In this document: piece after piece, positions 1 through 10,000 of the stretch
Numbering within the stretch: the first letter of the stretch is position 1
Layout: the number at the start of each line of letters is the position of its first letter
Translations under genes and position numbers: made by a program
NCBI GenBank assembly: GCA_014859605.1
Contig: JACUTW010000005.1
Span: 1 to 60,670, forward strand
Direction of reading: 5' to 3'
DNA: 60,670 nt
Source of the DNA: Desulfuromonadales bacterium
GTDB lineage: Bacteria; Desulfobacterota; Desulfuromonadia; Desulfuromonadales; UBA2197
Notes under the pieces: model-generated
The model's database searches: none
Seen by the model: the letters and a program-made list of their open reading frames with translations, nothing else
What the model was told of the DNA's origin: nothing

Positions 1-20
1 TTGTTGTTATTCTTGCCAAC

Positions 21-302
21 ATGAATGCCAAGCTAATGCTCAGAGAGCGTCACGTCATCTCAGAGATTTCTTTCGTGGAAATAGTGGTATGGCATTTGCC
101 GGACCCCCTATCCGGGAGCAGTCATCGTTTCAAATACCGCTTGGCACTGGTGGTGAATGGTGTTTGTGTTCTTCGTTATGACAACGAAGCAGGCAAGGGC
201 GATCATAAACATGAGACCGGCGAAGAGAGCCCGTATCAATTCAGCTCACCCCAGGTTTTGTTGGGAGATTTTTGGCAAGAGGTAGACCATTGGAGGTCCT
301 GA
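21..302 (+). CDS. DUF6516 / TumE-family putative toxin of a toxin-antitoxin pair
   Basis: 93 aa with the family-typical pattern H.FKYRL...V.RYDNE.GKGDHKH and a C-terminal LL.DFW; stop is 1 bp before a small HTH gene. Confidence 0.75.
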   Translation: MNAKLMLRERHVISEISFVEIVVWHLPDPLSGSSHRFKYRLALVVNGVCVLRYDNEAGKGDHKHETGEESPYQFSSPQVLLGDFWQEVDHWRS

Positions 303-303
303 T

Positions 304-645
304 ATGAATAGCGTTACGTTGGAAGTTGCTTCCCGTGAAAAGACCAATAACCGGTTGCTGCACGCTTTCGATGGCGAAGCCCAAGGGCAATTTATCAGCT
401 TCGAGTCACCGGAACTTTTGTTCAAGGTGATTTCCGGCAAGCGTTGGGATTTACTCAAGGTCATGACCGGCGCCGAGGCGATGACGATTCGTGAGGCCGC
501 CCGGCGTATGGGGCGGGATGTGAAATCCGTGCATGGCGACGTGCAAGCGCTTTTGAAAGCCGGCATCTTGCAGAAGACCGAAAAAGGCCAGATCATCTTT
601 CCCTATGACGCGGTGCATGTCGATTTTGTCCTGAAGGCGGCGTGA
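304..645 (+). CDS. HVO_A0114/TumA-like winged-helix DNA-binding protein (putative antitoxin)
   Basis: 113 aa; pattern ISFES..LL.KV...KRW.LL...MTIREAARRMGRDVKSVHGDV..L...GIL (HTH); GGAGG RBS inside the end of the upstream gene. Confidence 0.75.
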   Translation: MNSVTLEVASREKTNNRLLHAFDGEAQGQFISFESPELLFKVISGKRWDLLKVMTGAEAMTIREAARRMGRDVKSVHGDVQALLKAGILQKTEKGQIIFPYDAVHVDFVLKAA

Positions 646-673
646 CCCGACATTCAACGGAGTCCCTTGCTAT

Positions 674-711
674 CTCCCCCTCCTTTTTTCAAGGAGGGGG
701 TCGGGGGGTGG
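674..711 (+). repeat. REP-like palindrome, CCCCTCCTT-loop-AAGGAGGGG plus G-rich tail family
   Basis: CTCCCCCTCCTTTTTTCAAGGAGGGGGTCGGGGGGTGG; related copies at 11718-11812 and 26460-26494. Confidence 0.7.
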
Positions 712-883
712 TGAAGCACTCCTGGTCCGCACCACCGTTGACAGGGGGGCAATGCCGGCTAACAGTGCGGAGTCTTTCACAACGGTAGAAGGCTTTTGAA
801 GCCAAAGTCAATTGCACACACTGTCATACGCTGACTTCTCTCCAAAATTAACTTTGTCCGTTTGTGTCGAAGAACTTGAGCAG

Positions 884-920
884 AAACGCCCCGGAATCAG
901 GATCGATTTCGGGGCGTTTT
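884..920. terminator. Probable bidirectional intrinsic terminator downstream of the helicase
   Basis: AAACGCCCCGGAATC / GATTTCGGGGCGTTTT inverted repeat, a few bp beyond the helicase stop and between convergent genes. Confidence 0.7.
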
Positions 921-925
921 CGTGA

Positions 926-2248
926 CTAATGTCCGCGTTGCGAGCGATTGTTGCGATGTTTTGGCGGCTGATTACCGGTCGGTGCAACCTTCTCTTTGGC
1001 CACTGGCGGCTTTGCAGTCTGGGGCGGCTTCGGTGCACTCCTGGGTGCACCCTCCGCCGGTTTGCGGCGTTGCTGCGGCGGCCGCGGCGGCCGGGCAAAC
1101 TCGATATCCTTCTTGGGCGCCGGGATGTTGTAATCGAAACCTTCGACCAGACGGCGCTCTATGGGGTTGCCGAGGACGCGCTCGATGGAGCGGACCATGA
1201 TCATGTCTTCGCGCGCCACAAAGGTGAAGGCATCACCGCTGCGGGCAGCGCGGCCGGTGCGGCCGATGCGGTGGATATAGGCGTCGGTCGTGGATGGGAT
1301 ATCGTAGTTGATGACGTGCGAGATCTTCGAGACGTCGATGCCGCGGGCAGCGATATCGGTCGCCACAAGAATCTGTACCGAGCCGTCGCGAAAGCCGTCG
1401 AGTGCGGCCTGCCGGCGGTTCTGGGACAGGTTCCCCTGCAACGAAGCCGCTTTGTAGCCGAGTTTGGTGAGCTGCTCGTCGAGACGCTTGGCGCGATGTT
1501 TGGTGCGGGTGAAGATCAGCACCGATTCGGTGTCGGTATGTTTCAACAGTTCGATGACCAGCGCCGTCTTCAGGTGCGGTTCGACCGGGTAAAGGGCATG
1601 GCTCACGGTCGCTGCCGGCGCGACAGTATCGACTTGGACAGTCTGCGGATTCTTCAGCACGTCATTCGCCAAGCTGCGGATCTCGATCGGCATGGTTGCC
1701 GAGAAGAGGAGAGTCTGGCGCTCTTTGGGGAGATGGGTGAGGAGACGGCGGATCGCCGGCAAAAAACCCATGTCGAACATCTGGTCGGCTTCGTCGAGGA
1801 CGAGAACCTCAAGCCGGGACAGGTCGATGGTCTTCTGCTGAATGTGATCAAGAAGACGACCGGGGCAGGCGACGACGATCTCGCTCCCCTTCTTCAGCTT
1901 CTGAATCTGCGGATTGATGCTGACCCCGCCGTAGACTGTGGTGCTGTGCAAGCCGGTCTTCTCGCCGAGAGAGACGAACGATTCGTGAATCTGTTCGGCG
2001 AGCTCACGGGTCGGGGCGACGATCAGGGCGCGGACATGCCCGCGGTTGCCGCTGTTGACCAGACGGTGAAGGATGGGGAGGGCAAAGGCCGCGGTCTTGC
2101 CGGTGCCGGTCTGGGCGAGGCCCATGACGTCATTGCCGGCCAAGACCTTGGGGATGGCCTGTTTCTGGATGGGGGTAGGGGTGTCGTAACCGGCGGCCGT
2201 GACCCCGGCGGCGACTTTCGGGTGAAGATTGAAGCTGGTGAAATCCAT
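926..2248 (-). CDS. rhlE: DEAD-box ATP-dependent RNA helicase (RhlE-like)
   Basis: Q motif (PTPIQ), AQTGTGKT, PTRELA, DEAD, SAT, ARGID, HRIGRTGRA; basic disordered C-tail; AAGGA RBS. Family is certain, rhlE orthology less so. Confidence 0.9.
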   Translation of the reverse strand: MDFTSFNLHPKVAAGVTAAGYDTPTPIQKQAIPKVLAGNDVMGLAQTGTGKTAAFALPILHRLVNSGNRGHVRALIVAPTRELAEQIHESFVSLGEKTGLHSTTVYGGVSINPQIQKLKKGSEIVVACPGRLLDHIQQKTIDLSRLEVLVLDEADQMFDMGFLPAIRRLLTHLPKERQTLLFSATMPIEIRSLANDVLKNPQTVQVDTVAPAATVSHALYPVEPHLKTALVIELLKHTDTESVLIFTRTKHRAKRLDEQLTKLGYKAASLQGNLSQNRRQAALDGFRDGSVQILVATDIAARGIDVSKISHVINYDIPSTTDAYIHRIGRTGRAARSGDAFTFVAREDMIMVRSIERVLGNPIERRLVEGFDYNIPAPKKDIEFARPPRPPQQRRKPAEGAPRSAPKPPQTAKPPVAKEKVAPTGNQPPKHRNNRSQRGH

Positions 2249-2292
2249 GTGATCCTTTCAAATGTCCGGATATGTGTTGTCCGGTTCTACTG

Positions 2293-2332
2293 ACCGCAAA
2301 AAAGGGCCTGGCGGTATACCGGGCCCTGCGGT
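2293..2332 (-). promoter_or_regulatory. Terminator-like hairpin plus U6 tract in the 5' leader of the helicase gene
   Basis: Minus strand reads ACCGC-AGGGCCCGG-TATACCG-CCAGGCCC-TTTTTT-GCGGT; it lies between the predicted promoter and the ATG. Confidence 0.5.
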
Positions 2333-2360
2333 GATCTCTGATTCAGGCAAATATCGAAAA

Positions 2361-2390
2361 ATAATAGCAGATTTGACGGCAAAGTGTCAA
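2361..2390 (-). promoter_or_regulatory. Sigma70-like promoter for the helicase gene
   Basis: Minus strand TTGACA-18 nt-TATTAT with an extended TGn before the -10. Confidence 0.55.
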
Positions 2391-2409
2391 GGAACGGGGT
2401 GAAGTGTGC

Positions 2410-2438
2410 TTGACTGTCACAGCGCCTTCAAGTAATTT
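2410..2438 (+). promoter_or_regulatory. Possible divergent sigma70-like promoter for the rRNA methyltransferase
   Basis: TTGACT-17 nt-TAATTT about 60 bp upstream of the ATG at 2498. Confidence 0.35.
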
Positions 2439-2497
2439 GACGGGCGCTTCAATTTGGGAAACTATATTTAACTTGCTGAATTTTGTAGAGGTCGTCC

Positions 2498-3715
2498 ATG
2501 CAGAAGAAGGAAGGTAAGGAACTGCCCAGGCTGGTCGTCGGCCCGGAAACGGTGCGGATGCTCGAACTCGGCCATCCCTGGGTCATTGCCGATCGCTTCA
2601 CCAAGAGCTGGCCGAAGCACCCCGCTGGTACGGTTGCAACCCTGGTGAGCGGTGCCGGGGAGTTTGTCGCGACCGCTCTTCTCGATCCGTATGACCGTAT
2701 TGTTGCCCGGATTCTGGCGCGGAAGCCGATGACCCTTGATCGGGCCTGGCTGGGACGACAGATTGACAAAGCCGTAACGCTGCGGGTGCAGCATGCCCGA
2801 CTGGAAGGGACGAGCGCTTATCGCCTGATCAATGGCGAAGGGGATGGCCTGCCGGGGGTGACAATCGATCGCTATGGTGACCACCTCCTCCTGCAACTTT
2901 ACAGCGAAGCCTGGCGTCCCCATCTCCCGCTTTTGAGCGCCGAGTTGCAGGCGCGCCTTAGCCCTGCCGGGATTTATGAAAAGACCCGTCCCCGGGAAAC
3001 CCGGGAGCTCGGTGCCCAGGGGGGAAAGAAGTACAGCCGCCTCCTGGGTGGCCGGCCGGCGCCGGGTCGCAGCGTCGTGCAGGAGAATGGCTTGAATTTT
3101 CTCGTTGATCTCGAAGAAGGGTTGAATACCGGCCTCTTCCTCGATCAGCGCCGTAACCGGCTCGATTTGATGGAGCGGGTGCGGGGGAAGAGGGTGCTCA
3201 ATCTCTTTGCCTACACCGGCGCCTTTTCGGTGGCGGCCGCCGCTTCTGGCGCAACCCAGGTTAGCAGTGTCGATGTCTCTGCCCCTTATCTTGATTGGGC
3301 GCAGGCAAACTTTCGCGCCAACCGTCTCGATCCGAAGCGGCACGAGTTTTTGACCGGCGACTGTTTTGCCGTCCTCGCCACTCTGCGCAAGGCGCGCCGC
3401 AGTTTCGATATCATCGTCACCGATCCGCCGAGTTTTTCGACGACGAGCAAGAGCCGCTTCACCACCCGGCAGGGGACCGCTGAAGTGGTGGCGGCGGCGC
3501 TCCCCCTTTTGGCGCCGGGCGGGTTGCTGATTACCTGCTCGAATCACCAGAAGGTCGATCTGCCTGATTATCTCAAGGAATTACGGCGCGGGGCGTTGCA
3601 GGCGGGGAGCGAGCTGCGGGTGATTCAGACCCTGGGACAGCCGGAGGATTTTCCTTATCCGGTGACCTTTCCCGAGGGGCGTTATCTCAAATATGTGATT
3701 GCGGTGCGGGATTAA
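2498..3715 (+). CDS. RlmI/RlmK-like class I SAM-dependent rRNA methyltransferase
   Basis: PUA-like N-terminus (GHPWV), RLINGEGDGLPG..IDRY, TGLFLDQR.NR, VLNLFAYTG.FS, DPPSF. Confidence 0.9.
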   Translation: MQKKEGKELPRLVVGPETVRMLELGHPWVIADRFTKSWPKHPAGTVATLVSGAGEFVATALLDPYDRIVARILARKPMTLDRAWLGRQIDKAVTLRVQHARLEGTSAYRLINGEGDGLPGVTIDRYGDHLLLQLYSEAWRPHLPLLSAELQARLSPAGIYEKTRPRETRELGAQGGKKYSRLLGGRPAPGRSVVQENGLNFLVDLEEGLNTGLFLDQRRNRLDLMERVRGKRVLNLFAYTGAFSVAAAASGATQVSSVDVSAPYLDWAQANFRANRLDPKRHEFLTGDCFAVLATLRKARRSFDIIVTDPPSFSTTSKSRFTTRQGTAEVVAAALPLLAPGGLLITCSNHQKVDLPDYLKELRRGALQAGSELRVIQTLGQPEDFPYPVTFPEGRYLKYVIAVRD

Positions 3716-3725
3716 TTTATGAGAT

Positions 3726-3749
3726 GTAGGGGCGCCGCGTGCTGCGCCC
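3726..3749 (+). repeat. GTAG-type REP element
   Basis: GTAG followed by the imperfect palindrome GGGCGC...GCGCCC; same architecture as 5223-5280. Confidence 0.6.
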
Positions 3750-3764
3750 GCTCTGACCTAAAAT

Positions 3765-3791
3765 CCCCTCTCCCCTTTAGAGGGAGAGGGG
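3765..3791. repeat. REP-like hairpin CCCCTCTCCC/GGGAGAGGGG between convergent genes
   Basis: Perfect 10-bp stem with a 7-nt loop; may also act in termination or mRNA stabilisation. Confidence 0.6.
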
Positions 3792-3799
3792 CGCTTTCC

Positions 3800-4306
3800 T
3801 TATTCGACAATCGTCACTTTGATGATGCTGATCGTCTCAACCGGGACATCGGCATGGCCGCCCTTGTTGCCGGTCTTGGCCTGCTCGATGGCGTAGACGA
3901 CATCCATGCCGTCGATGACCTTGCCGAAGACAGCATAACCGAATTTATCAGGGTTGAGGCCGGCGTTGTCGAGGAATTTGTTGTCGACGGTGTTGATGAA
4001 GAATTGGCTGGTGGCGCTGTCGACGACCGAGGTGCGGGCCATGGCAATCGTCCCGGCTTTGTTCTTCAAGCCGTTGGTCGCTTCATTCTTGATCGGCGCG
4101 TTCACCGGCTTCTGGCTCATCTCGGGAGTAAATCCGCCCCCTTGCAGCATAAAGCCCTTAATGACGCGATGAAAGATCGTGCCGTCATAATGACCGGCGC
4201 GGGCATAGTCAAGGAAGTTGGCGACTGAGATCGGGGCTTTCTCGGCGTCGAGTTCGAGGACGATCTCCCCTTTGCTTGTTTCCATCTGGACGAGCGGGTT
4301 GCTCAT
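3800..4306 (-). CDS. Cyclophilin-type peptidyl-prolyl cis-trans isomerase
   Basis: YDGTIFHRVIKGFMLQGGG, GTIAMART...SATSQFFIN, GYAVFGKV. Start moved to the ATG at 4306 (MSNPLV), which has an AAGGAG RBS. Confidence 0.95.
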   Translation of the reverse strand: MSNPLVQMETSKGEIVLELDAEKAPISVANFLDYARAGHYDGTIFHRVIKGFMLQGGGFTPEMSQKPVNAPIKNEATNGLKNKAGTIAMARTSVVDSATSQFFINTVDNKFLDNAGLNPDKFGYAVFGKVIDGMDVVYAIEQAKTGNKGGHADVPVETISIIKVTIVE

Positions 4307-4429
4307 GGGTTGGGCTCCTTTAGCGATAATTGATTTAGGACTTGTGGCTAATAACGGCGAGCGGATTATAGAAATCGTCGTCATTATGGTCAAGGACTAT
4401 TGCGTGAAATATTTTACTGAGGTCAGAGT

Positions 4430-5218
4430 ATGTTGATCAGCAGTTTGCAGAATCCCCGCGTCAAAGAAGCAGTGGCGCTACGCGAACGCCGGGCGCGTGA
4501 GAAGAGCGGCTTGATGCTGGTCGAGGGTTATCACGAACTCGCTCTGGCGGTGCGGACGCACATGGTGCCGACCGTGGTCTTTTACTGTCCGGAGCGGCTC
4601 CGCAGTGAAGAAACCGAGCTTCTCGACCACTTTCGCAGCACTCGCACTCCGCTCTTGGAGGTGACGATGGCGGTGCTGGGGAAGATCGCTTACCGGGAAC
4701 ATCCCGATGCCTGGTTGGCGATTGCGCCGATTCCGAAGCGGAGTTTGAGCGAGTTGGAGTTGCCGGAGAAGGCGTTGATCGTGGTCGCTGAGTCGATCGA
4801 AAAGCCCGGGAATCTCGGGGCGATCCTGCGTTCGGCTGATGCTGCCGGTGCTGATGCGTTGATTCTTTGTGATCGTGCCACCGACCTCTATAACCCGAAT
4901 GTGGTGCGGGCGAGCAAAGGGACGATCTTTCGCGTGCCGGTCGTCGAAGCGACCTCGGCCGAGACCCTGGCATTTTTGCGGAAACGGGGAATTTTCGTTG
5001 CGGCGGCGACGCCGGCCGGGACAGTCACTTATTGGGACGCGGATTTGCAAGGGAGCGTGGCGATTGCGGTCGGGACAGAGAAGGAAGGATTATCGCCGCT
5101 GTGGCTGGAGGGGGCGGATGCGCGGGTGACGGTGCCGATGTGCGGCGCCGTCAATTCCCTTAATGTTGCTCAGGCATTGACTTTAATCCTCTTTGAGGCC
5201 CGACGGCAAAGGCGGTGA
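4430..5218 (+). CDS. TrmH/SpoU-family RNA 2'-O-methyltransferase
   Basis: ISSLQNPRVK start, EKPGNLGAILRSADAAG, GTEKEGL, VPM.G.VNSLNVA SPOUT motifs. Confidence 0.93.
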   Translation: MLISSLQNPRVKEAVALRERRAREKSGLMLVEGYHELALAVRTHMVPTVVFYCPERLRSEETELLDHFRSTRTPLLEVTMAVLGKIAYREHPDAWLAIAPIPKRSLSELELPEKALIVVAESIEKPGNLGAILRSADAAGADALILCDRATDLYNPNVVRASKGTIFRVPVVEATSAETLAFLRKRGIFVAAATPAGTVTYWDADLQGSVAIAVGTEKEGLSPLWLEGADARVTVPMCGAVNSLNVAQALTLILFEARRQRR

Positions 5219-5222
5219 TGTC

Positions 5223-5280
5223 GTAGGGGCAGGCCCCCGTGCCTGCCCGGATTTGGGCACCCACAGGGGGGTGCCCCTAC
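5223..5280. repeat. Inverted pair of GTAG-type REP elements (REPIN-like doublet)
   Basis: GTAGGGGCAGGCCCCCGTGCCTGCCC (5223-5248) and GGGCACCCACAGGGGGGTGCCCCTAC (5255-5280), between convergent genes. Confidence 0.8.
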
Positions 5281-6674
5281 ACCGATAAATTGTAACGGCG
5301 GATCTTTTCAACCAGAGTGGTGCGGTTGAGATGGAGGAGTTCAGCCGCCTTGGTCTTGACCCCGTCGCAGCGCTCCAGGGCAGATTGAATCATCCGGCAT
5401 TCGAGCTCGGCGACCAGAGCGGGGAGATCGACACCATTTTCATTGAAGAGCGGGAAAGAGACACCGCTGTCGCTCTTTACATGTTGACTGATTTGGGTCG
5501 GCAGGTCGTCCAGTTCGATGCTCTCCCCATCGACCAAAGCAACAGCCCGTTCGATGACATTCTCCAACTCCCGCACATTCCCCGGCCAATCATATTGCTG
5601 CAGGGCCGCCGTTGCTTCCCCGTTCAGGGTGCAGGGCAGATGGTTCTGCGCTTCGCACGATTTTTTCAGAAAGTGTTTGACCAGGAGCGGAATATCCTCG
5701 CGGCGTTCCCTTAATGGCGGCAGATGGACCGGAATGACGTTGAGCCGGTAGTAAAGGTCTTCACGGAATTCCTTAGTTTTAACCAGTTCCGCCAGGTCGG
5801 CGTTGGTGGCTGAGATGATCCGCACATTGAGGCGGATCTTGCGACTGGAACCGACCCGTTCTACTTCCCTTTCCTGTAACACCCGCAACAACTTCATCTG
5901 CAGCTGCATCGGCATGGTGCCGATTTCATCGAGAAAGATCGTCCCCCCTTCCGCCGCTTCGAATTTCCCGGCTTTGTCGCTCCCCGCCCCGGTAAATGCC
6001 CCTTTCACATGACCAAAGAGTTCACTCTCCAGCAGTTCGCCCGGAATAGCGCCACAGTTGATGGCGATAAAAGGTTTCTCTTTGCGGGCGCTGTTGAAGT
6101 GTACAGCCCGGGCGACCAGTTCCTTTCCCGTCCCGGATTCGCCGAGGATGAGGACGGTTGAATCGGTCTGAATGATCTTCTCCATCTGTTTGAAGATCGT
6201 CTGCATCGCCGGACTGCTGCCGATCATGTTGGCGAAGTGGTATTTGCCGCGCAGTTGCTGGCGCAGGTACTGATTCTCGGCAACCAGGCGGCTCTTTTCC
6301 AGAGCATTGTCGAGGAGGATTTTCAGCTCTTTGACGTTGATCGGCTTAGTGAGGTAATCGAAGGCCCCCTCTTTCATCGCCTCGACCGCTGTTTCGGTCG
6401 AAGCGTTTCCGGTCATGAGGATGACATGGGTCTGCGGCGTTCGTTCTTTGCTATAACGGAGGATGTCGAGACCGCTGATCCCCGGCAAACGGAGGTCGGT
6501 AAGGACGATCGCAAAGGTCGTCTCGGCGAGGTGTTGCAGGGCCCCTTCGCCACTGTCGGTGGCTGTGATCTGGTACCCCACCTGGCGCAGAAGGAGGGTG
6601 AGGCCATCACGGTTGCCGCTATCGTCATCGACGATGAGGATCTGTGTTGTCGCTTCACTGGCGTTGACGGTCAT
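5277..6674 (-). CDS. Sigma54-dependent NtrC/AtoC-family response regulator (REC-AAA+-Fis HTH)
   Basis: ILIVDDD...TDLRLP...KP receiver; GESGTGKE, ESELFGHVKGAFTGA, FLDEIG, FREDLYYRLNV, WPGNVRELEN; C-terminal HTH. No cognate kinase adjacent. Confidence 0.95.
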   Translation of the reverse strand: MTVNASEATTQILIVDDDSGNRDGLTLLLRQVGYQITATDSGEGALQHLAETTFAIVLTDLRLPGISGLDILRYSKERTPQTHVILMTGNASTETAVEAMKEGAFDYLTKPINVKELKILLDNALEKSRLVAENQYLRQQLRGKYHFANMIGSSPAMQTIFKQMEKIIQTDSTVLILGESGTGKELVARAVHFNSARKEKPFIAINCGAIPGELLESELFGHVKGAFTGAGSDKAGKFEAAEGGTIFLDEIGTMPMQLQMKLLRVLQEREVERVGSSRKIRLNVRIISATNADLAELVKTKEFREDLYYRLNVIPVHLPPLRERREDIPLLVKHFLKKSCEAQNHLPCTLNGEATAALQQYDWPGNVRELENVIERAVALVDGESIELDDLPTQISQHVKSDSGVSFPLFNENGVDLPALVAELECRMIQSALERCDGVKTKAAELLHLNRTTLVEKIRRYNLSV

Positions 6675-7082
6675 GATCTCTGCTGCTCACTTCTCAAGAT
6701 GAAAAGAATCAGTTTATGTCACGGGCAAGCCGGTTGGCAGGATACTACTGATATTAAATACTTCCTCATTTCATGAGTCAATCATTTCTTGTCAATGGCC
6801 CGCCGGGTTGCATCCCGGAAGGTCACTGCTATTCTTCTTTCGGCGAATTGATTTATCCGCAGCGGGGACATGATCTTCACGGCTGCGAGGCAGCAGTTTT
6901 ATATATTCAGAACAAGATTATATGTTGACTTGCGCTGCCACATTACTTTACTTTGCACTCAATCTTGTTGGCGCGTAACCTATTGAATATAAATAAATAT
7001 TTTACTTAAAGTGAATTTTTACCAAGCTTGTACCTGTTTTATTTTTGATAAAACTTTCCACGAAACGATAAAGGAGAAGAGC

Positions 7083-10000
7083 ATGGGGATCAGAAAATTC
7101 AAGAAGATTATGGCCGCAAACCGGGGCGAGATTGCGATCCGGATCTTTCGCGCCTGTACCGAACTCGGCATCAAGACGCTTGCCATCTATTCCGAAGAGG
7201 ACAAGGGGTCGCTGCATCGCTATAAAGCCGATGAAGCCTACTTGATCGGCAAGGGCAAGGGGCCGATCGATGCTTATCTCGGCATCGATGAAATCATCGA
7301 TCTGGCCCGCAAAAAGGGGGTCGATGCGATCCATCCCGGCTACGGTTTTCTGTCCGAGAATGCCGAATTTGCCGAGGCCTGCGAGCGCGCCGGCATCGTC
7401 TTTATCGGCCCGACTGCGCTGATCCAGCGCCAGCTCGGCGACAAGGTGGCTGCGCGCGAGGTCGCGGTGGCCGCCGGCATCCCGGTCGTCCCCGGTACCG
7501 CCAAACCGGTCACCACCGACGAGGAGGCACTGATCTTTGCCAAGGATTGCGGCTACCCGATCATCGTCAAGGCGGCGGCGGGCGGCGGCGGGCGCGGCAT
7601 GCGTGTCGCCCGCAATCAGAAGGAACTTCTCGAAGGTCTGCGCAGCGCCGGCAGTGAAGCGCTGGCCTCCTTTGGCAATGCCTCGGTCTTTCTCGAAAAG
7701 TATCTGGAAAATCCAAAACATATCGAAGTACAGATCATGGGCGACACCCATGGCAACATTTTCCACTTCTATGAGCGCGACTGCTCGATTCAGCGTCGCC
7801 ATCAGAAGGTCATCGAACTCGCCCCCTCCCTCGATCTTACTGAGGAAAAGCGGCAGGAAATCTGTGCCTACGCGATCAAGATTGCCACCTCGGTCAACTA
7901 CGTGAATGCCGGAACCGTCGAATTCCTCATGGACCAGCAGGGGAAGTTCTACTTCATCGAGACCAACCCGCGCATTCAGGTCGAGCATACTGTCACCGAA
8001 CAGGTGACGGGACGCAATCTGGTGCAGGCGCAGATTCGTATCGCCGAAGGCTACAAATTCTCCGATCCCGAGATCGGTATCGCCAGTCAGGAAGATATCG
8101 AACTGCGCGGCTTTGCCATTCAGTGTCGTGTCACCACGGAAGATCCGCAGAACAACTTCGCCCCGGATTTCGGTACGATCAAGGCAATGCGTACCGCTGC
8201 CGGTTTCGGGGTGCGCCTTGACGCCGGCAACGGCTATGCCGGGGCACTGATTACCCCGCATTACGATTCGCTGCTGGTCAAGATCAGTACCTGGGGGCTG
8301 ACCTTCGATTCGGCGCGGCGCAGTATGTACCGGGCGCTGCAGGAATTCCGCGTCCGCGGGGTCAAGACCAATATCGGTTTTCTCGAAAATGTCGTCACCC
8401 ACCCGGAGTTCCTCGCCGGCAAGTGCAACACCTCCTTTATCGATGCCCATCCCGAGCTGATGGAGATTCCGGTGAAGAAAGACCGCGCCAGCAAGACGCT
8501 GCGCTTTATCGGTCACACCATCGTCAACGGCTATCCCGGCATTAAGCCGGAAAAAGCCCAGAAGTTCCGCAATTTGCGGGAGGCGGAGATCCCCGAGATT
8601 CCTTACGCCGCTCAGCGTCCTCGTGGCAGCCGCGACATCCTGCGCGAAAAGGGGCCGGAAGGGCTGGCCGCGTGGGCCCGCAGTGAGCGTCGTATCCTGG
8701 TCACCGATACGACGATGCGCGATGCCCATCAGTCGCTGATGGCGACGCGCTTTCGCACCGACGACCTCGACCGCATTGCCGAGGCGACGAGCTATCTCGG
8801 CGGCGGCCTCTTTTCTCTGGAGATGTGGGGCGGTGCTACCTTCGACGTCTCCATGCGCTTTTTGCGGGAAGATCCCTGGGAGCGGCTCGACCGTCTGCGC
8901 GCCAAGATTCCCAATATCTGTTTTCAGATGCTGCTGCGTGGCTCCAATGCCGTCGGCTATACCAACTATCCTGACAATGTCGTGCAGGAGTTCGTTGCTC
9001 AGGCGGCGAAGAGCGGTATCGATATCTTCCGGGTCTTCGACTCTCTCAACTGGACGCGGGGGATGGGCGTCGCCATGGATGCGGTGCGCAAGAATAACGC
9101 GGTCTGTGAAGCGGCGATGTGCTACACCGGCGATATTCTCGACCCGAAGCGGGACAAATATCCCCTGGCTTACTACGTCAATCTCGCCAAAGAACTGGAG
9201 AAGATGGGCGCGCATATCCTGGCGATCAAGGATATGGCCGGCCTGCTCAAGCCCTTTGCCGCCGAGAAGCTGGTCAAGACCCTGAAGCAGGAGATCGGTA
9301 TCCCCATCCATCTTCACACCCACGACACCTCGAGCAACGGCGGTTCCATGCTCCTTCTCGCCACCCAGGCCGGCGTCGATGTTGTCGATCTCGCTCTCTC
9401 CTCGGTCTCGGGCTTGACGGCGCAGCCGAATATGAATGCCTTTCTCGCGGCGATGGAAGGGACGATCTGGGATCCGAAACTTAATCAGGGCGATATGCAG
9501 CAGCTCGCCAATTACTGGGAAACGGTGCGCACTTATTACGCCCCTTTCGAGTCGGAACTGCGCAGCGGTACCGCCCAGGTCTACCATCATGAAATCCCCG
9601 GCGGCCAGTATTCCAACTACAAGCCGCAGGTCGAAGGCTTAGGTCTCGGCCATCGCTGGGAAGAGTGCAAAGAGATGTACCGCAAGGTTAACGATCTCTT
9701 CGGCGATGTCGTCAAGGTGACGCCGAGTTCGAAGATTGTCGGCGACATGGCGATGTTCCTGGTGCAGAACAACTATCAGCCGGAGGATGTCTTTACCAAG
9801 GGGGAGGAGATGACCTTCCCGCAGGGGGTCGTCGACTTCTTCAAGGGGATGATCGGCCAGCCCTACGGCGGGTTCCCCACGGAGCTGCAGAAGATCATCC
9901 TCAAGGGCGAGCAGCCTCTCACCTGTCGGCCCGGCGAGCTCCTCGAACCGATCGATTTTACCGCCAAGAAGGCCGAGATCGAGAAAAAGGTCGGGCACGC

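Noticed and set aside
4400-4420. Rex-like palindrome GTGAAATATTTTAC between the cyclophilin and TrmH genes
   Set aside because: Imperfect, AT-rich, and the flanking genes are not typical redox-regulon members.
6675-7082. sRNA or sigma54 promoter in the regulator-pyc intergenic region
   Set aside because: TGGCGCG near 6969 lacks a correctly spaced GC at -12; the short hairpins (e.g. CCGGG/CCCGG) match no RNA family I recognise.
7002-9590. Very long antisense ORFs (862 aa here; also 20760-22709, 38741-40033, 44877-46376, 46950-48836, 53354-55588)
   Set aside because: They lie opposite well-supported genes, have no recognisable motifs, and are the expected shadow of GC-rich codon usage.
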